This document shows, piece after piece, positions 19,244 through 29,193 of a stretch of DNA of 64,000 bases. The stretch's first letter is position 1; every line of letters begins with the position of its first letter. The DNA comes from an uncultured Gemmatimonadales bacterium. GTDB lineage: Bacteria > Gemmatimonadota > Gemmatimonadetes > Gemmatimonadales > Gemmatimonadaceae. The translations under genes were made by a program, and so were the position numbers. The notes beneath the pieces are model-generated. The model made no database searches, was not told the origin of the DNA, and saw nothing but the letters and a program-made list of their open reading frames with translations. Where the stretch lies: positions 672,001 to 736,000 of the forward strand of contig CAWBZV010000002.1 of the NCBI GenBank assembly GCA_963793305.1, in the 5' to 3' direction.

Positions 19244-20196
19244 TCGGCCGTTGGTTCGCGTGGGTGTTCGTGCCGGCGTTGGCCGCGGCACAAGACAGCG
19301 TGCCCCCCGCTCCGGTGCATGCCCATCGGCCGCACCATCAGCGCGCGGCGGCGGCAGCTGATAGCGCTCTGCGCGACAGCGTCCTGCGCACGCGTTGGTC
19401 TGCCCTTGCCGCCGAGCCGGTACCGGCCACAGCGCTCCTCCCATCGCATCGGATCGTCGCGTTCTATGGCAACCCAATGTCGAAGCGCATGGGCGTACTC
19501 GGCGCGTACCCCGTCGACACCATGCTCGCCCACCTCGACGAGAAAGTCGCCGAATGGCAGAGCGCCGATTCGGCCACGCCGGTGATTCCGGCGTTGCACT
19601 TGATCGCGGTGGTCGCGCAGGGTGGGCCAGGCGGGGACGGGAAGTACCGCGCCAGAATGCCGGACACGCTCGTCGAGCGCGTGTACTCGTGGGCGGCGCG
19701 GCGCAATGCACTCGTGTTTCTCGATATCCAACCTGGCAAGAGCACCGTCGAGGCCGAGCTCCCGCGGTTGGCGCCATTTCTCTCGCGGCCGAACGTGCAT
19801 CTGGCGCTCGACCCCGAGTTCGCCATGTCGAAAGGCGGCTTACCGGGCAAGCGTATTGGAACGATCAATGCGGCTGACGTGAACTACGCGATCAAGTTTC
19901 TGTCGGGTCTCATCGGGGACTCGCTCCCGCCGAAGATCTTGGTCATTCACCGATTTCGACGCCCGATGTTGACGCATGCGGACCAGATCGTGCTCGATCC
20001 CAAGGTGCAAATCGTGATCGACATGGACGGATTCGGCACACCGTCCATCAAATTTGGTTCCTATCGCAAATACGTTTATGCGTCGCCGGTCCAATTCACG
20101 GGCTGGAAGCAGTTCTTCCGGCAAGATGTTCCCCACACGGCCGTTGCGGATATTCTGAAACTCACGCCGGTTCCGGTGTATATCCAATACCAGTAA
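19240..20196 (+). CDS. Conserved exported protein, possible hydrolase-like alpha/beta barrel
   Basis: TTG start overlaps upstream TGA; signal peptide; RIVAFYGNP, FLDIQ, HLALDPEF, DMDGFG, C-terminal YIQYQ. Confidence 0.6.
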   Translation: MIGRWFAWVFVPALAAAQDSVPPAPVHAHRPHHQRAAAAADSALRDSVLRTRWSALAAEPVPATALLPSHRIVAFYGNPMSKRMGVLGAYPVDTMLAHLDEKVAEWQSADSATPVIPALHLIAVVAQGGPGGDGKYRARMPDTLVERVYSWAARRNALVFLDIQPGKSTVEAELPRLAPFLSRPNVHLALDPEFAMSKGGLPGKRIGTINAADVNYAIKFLSGLIGDSLPPKILVIHRFRRPMLTHADQIVLDPKVQIVIDMDGFGTPSIKFGSYRKYVYASPVQFTGWKQFFRQDVPHTAVADILKLTPVPVYIQYQ

Positions 20197-20233
20197 GGGC
20201 CAACGATTTGGAGCGCCGAGGGGTATATCTGTT

Positions 20234-20830
20234 GTGAAGCTGAAACCCATTACCAGTCCAACTAGCCCGCGGCCAGACCCTCTCGATGAGCGAGCCCTCC
20301 TCGAGCTCGTCCGGCAGCGCGACGCGAGCGCATTCGACGAGCTCGTGCGGCGCTATCTCCGCCGCGCCTTCGCCGTTGCCTACCACGTCATGCACCATCG
20401 TGAGGACGCCGAAGACTTGGTGCAGGAGACGTTCATTACGGTGCTGGAGCAGATCGACCGGTTCGACGCCGAGCGCGCGTTCGCGCCGTGGTTCTTCCGG
20501 ATTCTCGTCAATCGCGGTCTCAATGCCCGGAAGTCGCGCACGGTGCGCCAGACCGAGCAGGTGCCGGCGGACGCGGCGGGTGGTGAAGGCCCACCAGACG
20601 GTGTGGCCGAGCGTCGCGAGCTCGCCGAGCGGGTGCGGGCAGCGGTCGATCAGTTACCGGAGCGGCAGCGTTTGATTTTGCGCCTCTCCGAGCTCGAAGG
20701 GTTCACGAGCGTCGAGATCGCCGACATCCTCGACCTCTCGCAGGGGACCGTCCGTTGGTATCTCCACGAGGCGCGGAACGCGCTCCGCATCACGTTGGCC
20801 CCGCTCGCCCGCGAGGTGCGCAATGGATGA
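20234..20830 (+). CDS. ECF RNA polymerase sigma-70 factor
   Basis: EDAEDLVQETF (region 2), EIADILDLSQGTVRWYLHEAR (region 4). Confidence 0.92.
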   Translation: MKLKPITSPTSPRPDPLDERALLELVRQRDASAFDELVRRYLRRAFAVAYHVMHHREDAEDLVQETFITVLEQIDRFDAERAFAPWFFRILVNRGLNARKSRTVRQTEQVPADAAGGEGPPDGVAERRELAERVRAAVDQLPERQRLILRLSELEGFTSVEIADILDLSQGTVRWYLHEARNALRITLAPLAREVRNG

Positions 20831-21227
20831 CCGCCGGCGAGTGCGCGCGGCATTGCGCGCCGTCTACGGCGCTCCGCCCGCCGAGTCGATCGACTGGTGG
20901 TCGCTGCGGAGTCGCATCCTCGACGCGGCCGGGCTCAACGGTCGTGCGCGCAAGCGCTCGCTGTGGGATCGCACCCTGTGGCGGCGCGCGCTGATCCCGG
21001 TGACGTTCGCGGCGACCATCGTGATGGCGCTGGCGATCGCGGGTACGCGCTCTGATGTCGCCTCCAGCCTCGCATCCAGTATCGCGTCGACGGCCGCGGA
21101 TTCGACCGAGGTCACCGCGTGGTTACGCGCGGCGAGCGCCGGCGGCGCGGTGCCGCAGCGCGAGCTCGATCCGTTGCCCAATGCATCCTCGTGGCTCGGC
21201 GCGGCATTGACCTCGACATCTGACTGA
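20823..21227 (+). CDS. Putative single-pass anti-sigma factor
   Basis: Overlaps the ECF gene; one central TM helix. Confidence 0.55.
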   Translation: MDDRRRVRAALRAVYGAPPAESIDWWSLRSRILDAAGLNGRARKRSLWDRTLWRRALIPVTFAATIVMALAIAGTRSDVASSLASSIASTAADSTEVTAWLRAASAGGAVPQRELDPLPNASSWLGAALTSTSD

Positions 21228-21232
21228 GTGCG

Positions 21233-21664
21233 ATGCGTATTCCGGTGTGGTTTGTGGCCGCCACGGTCATCGTGATGTCGCTGTTGACGGGCGTCATCGT
21301 CGGCGTTGCCGTTGACCGACGCGTGCTGGGGCACCGAGTCGGCGGAGGCCCATTCTTCCTCTCGTCGCGATTCGGCGGACATCATCAGGGCATTATTCCG
21401 GGCCATCTCGAGCAGGAGCTCGGCCTGTCGCCTGCGCAGAGCACCGCGGTCGATTCCATCATGCGCCATCGGATGGCGCAGCGCGATTCCTTGATGGCGC
21501 ATACGTGGCCCGTGATGCGCCAACTGCTCGACTCCACGCGCTCCGACATCGAGAAGGTCTTGACCCCGGAGCAGAAGGCCAAGTTCGAGCAGCTGCGTTC
21601 GCGCGAGCCGGGCGGACCGCCGGGCATCATGCTCCGGCACGGCGACGGCCCGCCACCGCCCTAG
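21233..21664 (+). CDS. Periplasmic Spy/CpxP/heavy-metal-sensor-like protein
   Basis: N-terminal TM; LGLSPAQ and VLTPEQ (LTxxQ) motifs. Confidence 0.7.
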   Translation: MRIPVWFVAATVIVMSLLTGVIVGVAVDRRVLGHRVGGGPFFLSSRFGGHHQGIIPGHLEQELGLSPAQSTAVDSIMRHRMAQRDSLMAHTWPVMRQLLDSTRSDIEKVLTPEQKAKFEQLRSREPGGPPGIMLRHGDGPPPP

Positions 21665-24004
21665 GCGGCGCGCAAGACTTCCAATGGCTCGGCGCGCGTC
21701 GCCGCGAGCGCGGGCCCGAGCGCGGCGAGAAGGCCAACAGCAATGAGCACGCATTCGGCTACGACGAGAACGCCCGCGTCCGTTGGCGCAACGTCATAGA
21801 GCCACGCTTGCAGGAGCTTCATGCCGTACAGCGATGCGAGCGCGCCGCTTGCCGTGCCGGCGAGCACCATCACGGTTGCGTCGTGGAGCACCCGCCGCAC
21901 GATCGCATATGGCGAGGCGCCTAGCGCGATACGAATCGCAAACTCGCGACGGCGCTGTCCTACGATGTAGGCGATAATCGAGTACACGCCGAAGGCGGTG
22001 AGGAAGAGGGCGAGGCCGCTCAGCGCGGCGAACAAACTGGCGAGGCGCTCATGTTCTCCCACCCAATCGCGGAAGTACGCCGACCAAGCCTCGACGTGTC
22101 CATTCGTATTCGGGAGAACGGTCACGATCGACCGGTGCACCGCCAATGCCGTGGCTACCGGATTTCCGGTGACGCGGACAATAAGCTCCCGGAAGCGCGT
22201 GTTCGCCCGGCGCGAGACAGCGAAGATTGCGGGATCGAGTGTCTCGTCGGGATCGCGCGAGAAGTTGAGCGTCGCATCGCGGGCGATTCCAACGACGGGG
22301 AGCCACGTCGCTCCCGACTCCTGGCCGCCGAAACGGACAAACCCGCCGACTGCGCCACCGTGTGGAAACAGTACCCGACCGGCTCGTCGGGAGACGATAA
22401 CGGCTCCGTCGCTGGCGGCATCGCCGATCAGAAAATCCCGGCCTTCGATCACCGGAATGCCGAGGGTACGAAGCGCGTTCGGGTCACCGGCGTAGTAGGT
22501 GCGCCAGGTCACACTGCGCGTGCCGTCGCTGGTCGAAATCGACTGAATGACGCCGTTCTCCGATTGCAAGTAGCCGATCATCGTCGCCGCGCCGACGCCT
22601 GGCGACGCGCCGACGCGGTCGAGCACGTCGTCCGCGTGCCGTGTCCGCGCGGCGGTATCGCGGCCCAGATCCATCCAGCCTGACAGCAGTCGATCGGTGT
22701 CGAATCCAAACCGATAGCTGGCGACATGCCGCATCGCGTCGAGGAGCAGGCCCGTCGCCATCAACAGAGTCATCGTGAGCGCCACCGCCGCGATCGCGGT
22801 CGCGCTGAATCGGGGCGTGCGGGCGCTCGTGGTGGCGCTTCCATTCTTGAGCGGGTCAGCGACGATGACTCGCGTCGCCCGCCACGCCGGGATGAGACCC
22901 GCCGCGATGGCGCTCGCGGCGGCCGCTAACGCGGTAAGGATTACGACGTGCCACGTCAGATGTGGCGGAAGAGAGCCAAGGGAGATGTCACCCGACGGAA
23001 GCAACCCCACGGCGAGGCGCGTGCCCCACTCTGCGAGGCCGAGCCCGGCAATTCCACCGACCAACACGAGAGCACCCGTCTCGGCCAGCTGGAGGCGAAG
23101 GAGCATCGCCGGCGTGGCCCCGAGCGCCAAGCGAAGCGCATATTCGCGCTCGCGCGACATGCTCCGCACGAGCGTGAGGGTCGCAACGTTCGCGCACGCG
23201 ATGAGCAGGACGACAAATCCCGCGGCCGCCAAGATGACGTGAGCAGTTCTGATCGAACGGGCGGGCTGGGCGAACAGCTGCAGCGAGTAGGAGAATTCAT
23301 GCTGACCGGTACCGAACCGCTCCTCGAGCCGCGAGGTCAGTAGTCTGAGCTCCGCGTTTGCTTTCGCGACATCGAATCCGTGTTTGACGCGCAGGACGGG
23401 CATGAGGCGGGACGCCCAGGGCTGGGTCGACTCGGCACCCGGACGAAGCGGAAGCCAGACGTTCCGGACCCGTGACGGCTGCCGGAAGCACCCCAACAAC
23501 GGTGTAGACCCGATCGTCCACCGTGATCGCCGCGGCGCGCAACACACCGCGGCCGGCGAACATTCGTTGCCACAGTCTGTTACTGACGACGACCGTGCCC
23601 TCATCGCTCGCCGGATTGCCGGTCAAGACCCGACCCAATTCCGGTGTCACGTCCAAAACCTGGAAAAACCCAGGGGTCACGTGCGCCACCCAATCCGATT
23701 CCCCTTGTCCGCCACTCTGCACGAACTCGTCGTCCCAGGCGACGGCCGCAATGCCGCTATAAAAGTCCGCGCCGTCCTTGAGTGTCTCGTACTTGTCGGC
23801 AGCGGTCGCGCGGCCGCCCTCGCCGTCTCCCCACTGCGTGACCCGCATGAGGCGGTCCGAGTGAGGATATGGGCTGTGCGGGTACAGCACCGAGTCGATG
23901 ACCGCGAACGTGGCGGCGGCGAACCCGAGAGAGATCGCCAGCGACAGCGCGCACAGCGCGGAGAATCCCGGGGTTCGCCGAAGGGACCGGAGTGTCGCGA
24001 CCAT
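21661..24004 (-). CDS. Duplicated (ADOP-like) ABC permease with a +1 frameshift near 23464, probably a sequencing error
   Basis: ORF 23297-24004 carries the N-terminus and ORF 21661-23604 the rest (LLIACANVATL, REYALRLALGA, RRREFAIRIALGA); removing one base joins ...VTGP to NVWLPL... Confidence 0.8.
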
Positions 24005-24024
24005 GGTGTCTTATCACGGACGCA

Positions 24025-24885
24025 TCAGCCCCAGAGGGCGGCACCAGCGCTGGCGATCGTGACCAGGAAGAGGGCGACGACGGAGTGCCAGCCGAGGTGC
24101 TCGCCGAGCATCAGGAAACCGGCGACGGCGGCGATGGCCGGCTCGAGGCTCATCCAGACGCCGAACACGCGCGTGGGCAAGCGCCGTAGGGCCTCGACCT
24201 CGAGTGAGTACGGCAGGGCCGAGGAGAGGAGGCCGACGACGCAGCCGATCGCGATGGTGGCCGCTGTCCCGGCGTGAATGACGCCCGCCGCGCCAAACGG
24301 CACGAGGAGCGCCGACGCGATGGTCATCGCGACGGCCAGGGCGTCACCGCCTTCGAGCGCTCGACCCATGCGCGCGCCGACGATGATATAGGCGGCCCAA
24401 CAGACGCCGGCGCCAAGCGCGTAGGCGATCCCGATCGGGTCGACGTCGTGCGCCTCGATCGGAGAGAGGAGGAGGATCCCGATGGCCGCCAGCACGACCC
24501 ACACCAGGTCGCGGACGCGGCGCGAGCCGGCCACGGCGACGCCGAGCGGCCCGGTGAACTCCACTGTGACGGCGATCGCGAGGGGGACGCGCGCGAGAGC
24601 CGAGTAGAAGCAGAAGTTCATCACCGCGAGGATCGTCCCGAACAGCGCGACCACGCCGAGGTGGCGACGCCACTCGCCCCGCCACCGCGGTCGGGCGACC
24701 GCGAGCAGCAGCAGAGCGGCGCTCGTCACGCGCAGGAATACCGTGGCGTGTGTGCCGATGATCGGGAAGATGTCCTTGGCGAGGGCGGCGCCGATCTGCG
24801 TCGATGAGATCGAGCCCAGGACGAGCACGACTGGCGGCAGCGATCGCAAGATGCCGCCACGGGCTGGCGCGACTGTCGGTTCCAT
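24025..24885 (-). CDS. EamA/RhtA-family (DMT) exporter
   Basis: STQIGAALAK, AVTVEFTGPL, SSALPYSLE, MSLEPAIAA; ATG 24885 overlaps upstream TAA. Confidence 0.88.
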   Translation of the reverse strand: MEPTVAPARGGILRSLPPVVLVLGSISSTQIGAALAKDIFPIIGTHATVFLRVTSAALLLLAVARPRWRGEWRRHLGVVALFGTILAVMNFCFYSALARVPLAIAVTVEFTGPLGVAVAGSRRVRDLVWVVLAAIGILLLSPIEAHDVDPIGIAYALGAGVCWAAYIIVGARMGRALEGGDALAVAMTIASALLVPFGAAGVIHAGTAATIAIGCVVGLLSSALPYSLEVEALRRLPTRVFGVWMSLEPAIAAVAGFLMLGEHLGWHSVVALFLVTIASAGAALWG

Positions 24886-26117
24886 TACGTAAGTCCTCCG
24901 TGCAGCGCCGCGCGCACGGCGTCCGTGAAGGCATCGATCTCGGCGGGCGTCGTAAAGACGTTCGGGGTAACGCGAATGCCCGTGACGCCGTTGAAGGCGA
25001 TCGCCAATGTGACGATGTGGTGCCGTGTCCAGAGCCAGTGCGCGAGCGCGGCCGTGTCGAGGCCATCGATCTCGACGAGTGCGATCGCTCCGCTGCGCGG
25101 ATCGTCCAGCGGCGTCATCACGCGCACGCGCGGAGATTCGGCCGTGAGCGCTCGCACCCACCGATCCCGCAGCGCACGCAGCCGCGCCAGCTTTCGCGCG
25201 CCACCGATCGCACGGTGAAACACGAGCGCCAGGGCGATCGCGTTATGAGGCGCGGCTGGATGCGTGCCGATCTCCTCGAACTTTCGTACGTCGGCCGTCC
25301 GTTCCGCACTCGCCGCCATGAGTGGCCAGAGGTTGCCGATCTTTGCGCGCCTCACGTACAGGAAGCCCGTTCCCAGCGGTGCGAGCAGCCATTTGTGCAA
25401 ACTCGTCGCGTAATAATCGCAATCCAGTGCATCCCGCGAGACGGGCGTGTGCGCGAACGTCTGAGCGCCGTCGACAAACACGTCGATTCCCAGCGGCCGA
25501 GCGAGCGCAATGACCTCGGCGACAGGCATTGGCTGCCCGGTCCAGTTGGTCAGATGCGGCAGCTCGATGACCCGCGTCCGTGGGGTGATCGCCGCGCGAA
25601 TGGCGGTGAGGACATCCGCATCAGTCGCGGGCAGCGCGAACGAGGTGGTGCGCACGACAATCCCGTCGCGCCGCGCGCGCTGGTCCCATGCCGTCAGCAC
25701 GCGGTCATAGTTTTGCGTGGTGACAATGACCTCGTCGCCGGAGCGAAGAGGAAGGCCGGAGATAAGAATCTCCATGGCCTCCGACGCGTTCCGCGTGATC
25801 GCGATCTCCTCCGGATCGCACCCGAACTCCGCGGCCAGCTCTCGCCTGACCCCTTCCACCCGCGGCTCGAGGACGCGCCACAAATGCTGCACCGGCGCCG
25901 TATTCGAGAACCGCGTGTCGCGCAGCATGGCATCGAACACCGTCGTCGGGGCTGGGCTCAACCCGGCGCTATTCAAGTAGATGACGGATGGGTCGAGGTC
26001 GAACGCCCGGCGGATGGTATGCCAATACGCTTCCGTATCCGCGGGCGACGCCAGAACCTCGCGCAGGACGAACGGCGCGGCGGCCGCCCAGGCGACGAAT
26101 GCCCTACGACTGGCCAT
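24885..26117 (-). CDS. Class V PLP-dependent aminotransferase-fold enzyme (isopenicillin-N-epimerase-like) with Tat-like signal
   Basis: YLNSAG, TRNASEA, VDGAQ, TSLHKWLLAP (PLP Lys); N-terminal SRRAF. Confidence 0.85.
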   Translation of the reverse strand: MASRRAFVAWAAAAPFVLREVLASPADTEAYWHTIRRAFDLDPSVIYLNSAGLSPAPTTVFDAMLRDTRFSNTAPVQHLWRVLEPRVEGVRRELAAEFGCDPEEIAITRNASEAMEILISGLPLRSGDEVIVTTQNYDRVLTAWDQRARRDGIVVRTTSFALPATDADVLTAIRAAITPRTRVIELPHLTNWTGQPMPVAEVIALARPLGIDVFVDGAQTFAHTPVSRDALDCDYYATSLHKWLLAPLGTGFLYVRRAKIGNLWPLMAASAERTADVRKFEEIGTHPAAPHNAIALALVFHRAIGGARKLARLRALRDRWVRALTAESPRVRVMTPLDDPRSGAIALVEIDGLDTAALAHWLWTRHHIVTLAIAFNGVTGIRVTPNVFTTPAEIDAFTDAVRAALHGGLT

Positions 26118-26141
26118 CGGTGGTCAAAGATAATGCTCAGA

Positions 26142-26223
26142 GCGCGGCGCAGCCGAGCAATGGGAAATAAGATGGTCGATCTGCGCGAAGCGCGGCATCG
26201 ACCCCAGCGCGGCGCAGCCGCGC
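26142..26223. repeat. Cluster of three GNA-triloop hairpins (REP-like) with a direct repeat
   Basis: AGCGCGGCGCAGCCG occurs twice, flanking GGTCGAT-CTGCGC-GAA-GCGCGGC-ATCGACC. Confidence 0.6.
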
Positions 26224-26237
26224 GTCTAAATTACAAC

Positions 26238-27701
26238 ATGCGGCTCGTGATCATAGCCTGGCGCCTGACCCCGATCATGATCTCGTTTCGACGGGATGTC
26301 GCGCGTTGGCTCTGGTTTGGTGCACCAGTCACGCGGACGCCGGAATTCCACCGGCGCCGGGCGCAGAAGATCGTGCGCACGCTGGCCGGTCTCGGGCCGA
26401 CGTTCATCGAGATGGCGCAACTCCTTGGCGCCCGGACCGATGTGATCCCCGAGCCGTATGTCAGCGAGCTGGCGACGCTCATGGATCGGGTCCCCGCAAC
26501 ACCGTGGCCCATTATGTCCAGCGTGATCCGCCGCGCGTACGGCCGCCCACCCGCGGAAGTCTTCGACTCCATTGCCGAGGTGCCGCTGGCGTCGGCCTCG
26601 CTCGGACAGGTGTACGAGGCCCGTGTGAGCGGGCGGAAGGTCGCGGTCAAAGTCATGCGACCGGGTGTCGAGCGGCTGATCCAAGCCGATTGCGCCGCGA
26701 CGCGCCGCATCCTCGTTGTCGTCGAGCGCCTGTTTCGCGGCAACGCCCGCACGTTGCGCGCGGTGCGGCAGTTCCGCGTGATTCTCGAGGAATTCGCGTT
26801 CCGCGTGCGCGATGAGGTCGACTATCGCGTCGAGGCGCAGAACGCCGTCGAGATGCGCGAGAACTTCGCGGACACGCCCACCATCCGCGTGCCCGAGATG
26901 CTCCTCCCGTTCGTCCGCCAGCACGTCCTCGTCATGGAGTTCATGGAGGGCGATCCGGTCGACCTCCTGGGGCCGCGCGTCGCCTCGGGCAATCTCGATC
27001 TGTCGCGGATCGTGCCGCAGCTCATCGAGGCCTACACGTCGATGATGATGATCGACGGCTTGTTCCACGCCGACCCCCACCCGAAGAATCTCTTGATCGC
27101 GCCCGACGGCGCGCTCGTGCTGCTGGATTTCGGGATGGTCGTGCGCGTGAGCCGTGCGTTGCGCCGCGCATTGCTCGACACGATCATGGCGGCCATTCGG
27201 AAAGATGTCGACGGGCTCATCGACGGGTTCGTCGCGTTGGGGCTCAAAGCACCGGATGCGACGAAAGAGCAACTCCGCCCGATAGTCGCGGCGATTATGG
27301 TGAACGCCTCGAGCTACGCGACCACGCAGGAGCGAATGGAATTGCTCTCCGATGAAGTCGTCGCGCAGCTGTACGACGTGCCGCCAATCAACTTGCCGAG
27401 CACGATGGTCTATTTCGCGCGGACCGCGTCGTTGATCGAGGGACTGGCCACGCGCTACGATCCGCGATTCAACCCGGTCGCGGTCGCGACCCCGGTCATG
27501 TTGCGACTGCAGCCCGCGATCCTCGCTGCTCTCAGCCGTACGCACAGCGCCAAGCCGGTCGACTGGGTCGGAACCATCGCGACGGTCGTCGGCGACGGCC
27601 TCGGCCGCTTTGCTCGCGAGGTGCGGTCGATGCTAAACGGCGAGGGGTCGCAGCCCCGCCTCAATGGCGGCCCGCCGCGGCTCGAGAAAGGGGGGAAGTG
27701 A
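26238..27701 (+). CDS. UbiB/ABC1/AarF-family atypical kinase
   Basis: LGPTFI, ASASLGQVY, VAVKV, FHADPH, LLDFGMV. Confidence 0.9.
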   Translation: MRLVIIAWRLTPIMISFRRDVARWLWFGAPVTRTPEFHRRRAQKIVRTLAGLGPTFIEMAQLLGARTDVIPEPYVSELATLMDRVPATPWPIMSSVIRRAYGRPPAEVFDSIAEVPLASASLGQVYEARVSGRKVAVKVMRPGVERLIQADCAATRRILVVVERLFRGNARTLRAVRQFRVILEEFAFRVRDEVDYRVEAQNAVEMRENFADTPTIRVPEMLLPFVRQHVLVMEFMEGDPVDLLGPRVASGNLDLSRIVPQLIEAYTSMMMIDGLFHADPHPKNLLIAPDGALVLLDFGMVVRVSRALRRALLDTIMAAIRKDVDGLIDGFVALGLKAPDATKEQLRPIVAAIMVNASSYATTQERMELLSDEVVAQLYDVPPINLPSTMVYFARTASLIEGLATRYDPRFNPVAVATPVMLRLQPAILAALSRTHSAKPVDWVGTIATVVGDGLGRFAREVRSMLNGEGSQPRLNGGPPRLEKGGK

Positions 27702-28511
27702 AAGGCGCTGGCCCATCGTGGCCAGGCTCTCATCGATCGCGAAGCCCGGTCCATCGGTCGCGATCTCGAACAGGATGCCGTTGGGCTCGCGGAAGTAGAG
27801 CGACTTGAAGTAATAGCGGTCGATCACGCCCAACGTCGGCACGCCGGACGCGTGGAGCTTCGATTGCCAGGCGAGCTGCTCCTGGGCGTTCGGCGTCCGG
27901 AACGCGACATGGTGCACGCCGCCCGCTCCCGGGCGCGCGGCTCGCAGGTCCGGGCGCTCCTCGACATGCACCTCGCCCATCCCTGACCTGAACACGACGA
28001 GCGAGCCTTCGCGCGCGACGACGCGGAACCCCATCACGCCGGTCAATACCGAGGCCGTCGACTCGGCTTCTTCGACGACGAGGGTCACGGGACCGAGGCC
28101 CTGGATCGCCGACTCATTGGTCGTCTGCTCGTCGCCACCGTCGAACAGCGCCAGCCGTTGGCCTTCGGGATCCGTGAACGTCAACACGTCGCGTCCCGCG
28201 ATCAATGTGAGGCGACCGCCGAGACGATCCTTCCACCACGCCAGTGCGTCTCGATTGGCGACGCGAAGGCCGATCTGCGAGATCTCGCGGGTGCCCGCGC
28301 GGTTCGCCGTCGAGTCGGCCCAATCAAAGAACGTGACCTCGGTGCCCGGCCGCCCTTCGGGGTCGGCGTAGAACAGGTGATAGGCCGAGACGTCGTCTTG
28401 ATTGACGGTCTTCTTGACGAGCCGGAGGCCGAGGGTCTCGGTGTAGTACTTGAGATTCTCGGACGCCCGCGCAGTGACGGCGGTGACGTGGTGGAGTCCG
28501 TTGAGTTCCAT
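27633..28511 (-). CDS. Ring-cleaving dioxygenase, VOC/glyoxalase family (MhqO-like)
   Basis: GLHHVTA, LVKKTVNQDD, YHLFY, VHHVAFR, DRYYFKSLYFREP, FEIATDGPGF. Confidence 0.9.
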   Translation of the reverse strand: MELNGLHHVTAVTARASENLKYYTETLGLRLVKKTVNQDDVSAYHLFYADPEGRPGTEVTFFDWADSTANRAGTREISQIGLRVANRDALAWWKDRLGGRLTLIAGRDVLTFTDPEGQRLALFDGGDEQTTNESAIQGLGPVTLVVEEAESTASVLTGVMGFRVVAREGSLVVFRSGMGEVHVEERPDLRAARPGAGGVHHVAFRTPNAQEQLAWQSKLHASGVPTLGVIDRYYFKSLYFREPNGILFEIATDGPGFAIDESLATMGQRLSLPPFLEPRRAAIEAGLRPLAV

Positions 28512-28515
28512 TGGC

Positions 28516-29193
28516 CTAGAGCGACCGAACCAGGCCGCCGTCGATGAGAAGGTTTTGACCCGTGATATACGATGCGTCGTCCGACACGAGAAACGCCACG
28601 GCCGAGGCGATCTCGTCAAATCGAGCTGGTCTTCCCATAGGGATGTTCGCATCGGCCGGTCGCTTGTCGACGAATCCCGGTAGGACGGCATTCACCCGTA
28701 TCCCGTCCGGCGCCAACCGCTCACCCATTACGCGAGTCCACGACAGGAGGGCCGCGCGGAAAACACTGGAAACCGGCCGAGTCACATCGGGTTGTGCGGC
28801 CGCAAAACTCGACACTGTAACAATGGACCCGCCTTTCCGCATATGGGGTACCGCGTGCCGCGTCAGACGGATGACGCTGCCAAGGATGAGATCGTAGCCG
28901 TCCTCCCACTCAGTGTCGGTCAGGCCGAGTGGGTCCCCTTTGGCCGGGTGGCCGGTGTTGTTCACGATCGCGTCGATCCGCCCCCAGCGATTCATTGCCG
29001 CGTCAACGAGTCGCCCGAGATCCGCGTCGAGTGTGACCGACCCGCGTAGCGCGGTTGCGCCGAGCTCCGCGGCGAGGGTGTCAATGCGCTCGGAGCGTGA
29101 CATCACGGCCAGTTGCCACCCACGCGAGGCGAGCCCTCGCGCGATGGCGGCGCCAATGCCCTGGCTGGCGGCGGTTACGAGCGCGACCGCCAC
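28516..29193 (-). CDS. Short-chain dehydrogenase/reductase
   Basis: TAASQGIG, NNTG, RVNAVLPG, SYITGQNLLIDGG. Confidence 0.9.
   Translation of the reverse strand: MAVALVTAASQGIGAAIARGLASRGWQLAVMSRSERIDTLAAELGATALRGSVTLDADLGRLVDAAMNRWGRIDAIVNNTGHPAKGDPLGLTDTEWEDGYDLILGSVIRLTRHAVPHMRKGGSIVTVSSFAAAQPDVTRPVSSVFRAALLSWTRVMGERLAPDGIRVNAVLPGFVDKRPADANIPMGRPARFDEIASAVAFLVSDDASYITGQNLLIDGGLVRSL

Noticed and set aside
23460..23470. Programmed frameshifting in the ADOP-type permeases
   Set aside because: No slippery sequence; the same +1 pattern occurs in yajQ and rimO, pointing to sequencing error
24804..26237. Extension making the UbiB-family protein 965 aa
   Set aside because: Antisense shadow of the PLP enzyme gene, Arg-rich; real start near 26238
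27633..27701. Convergent 3' overlaps (also 32222-32293)
   Set aside because: Common in GC-rich genomes where stop codons are scarce; the tails look unconstrained
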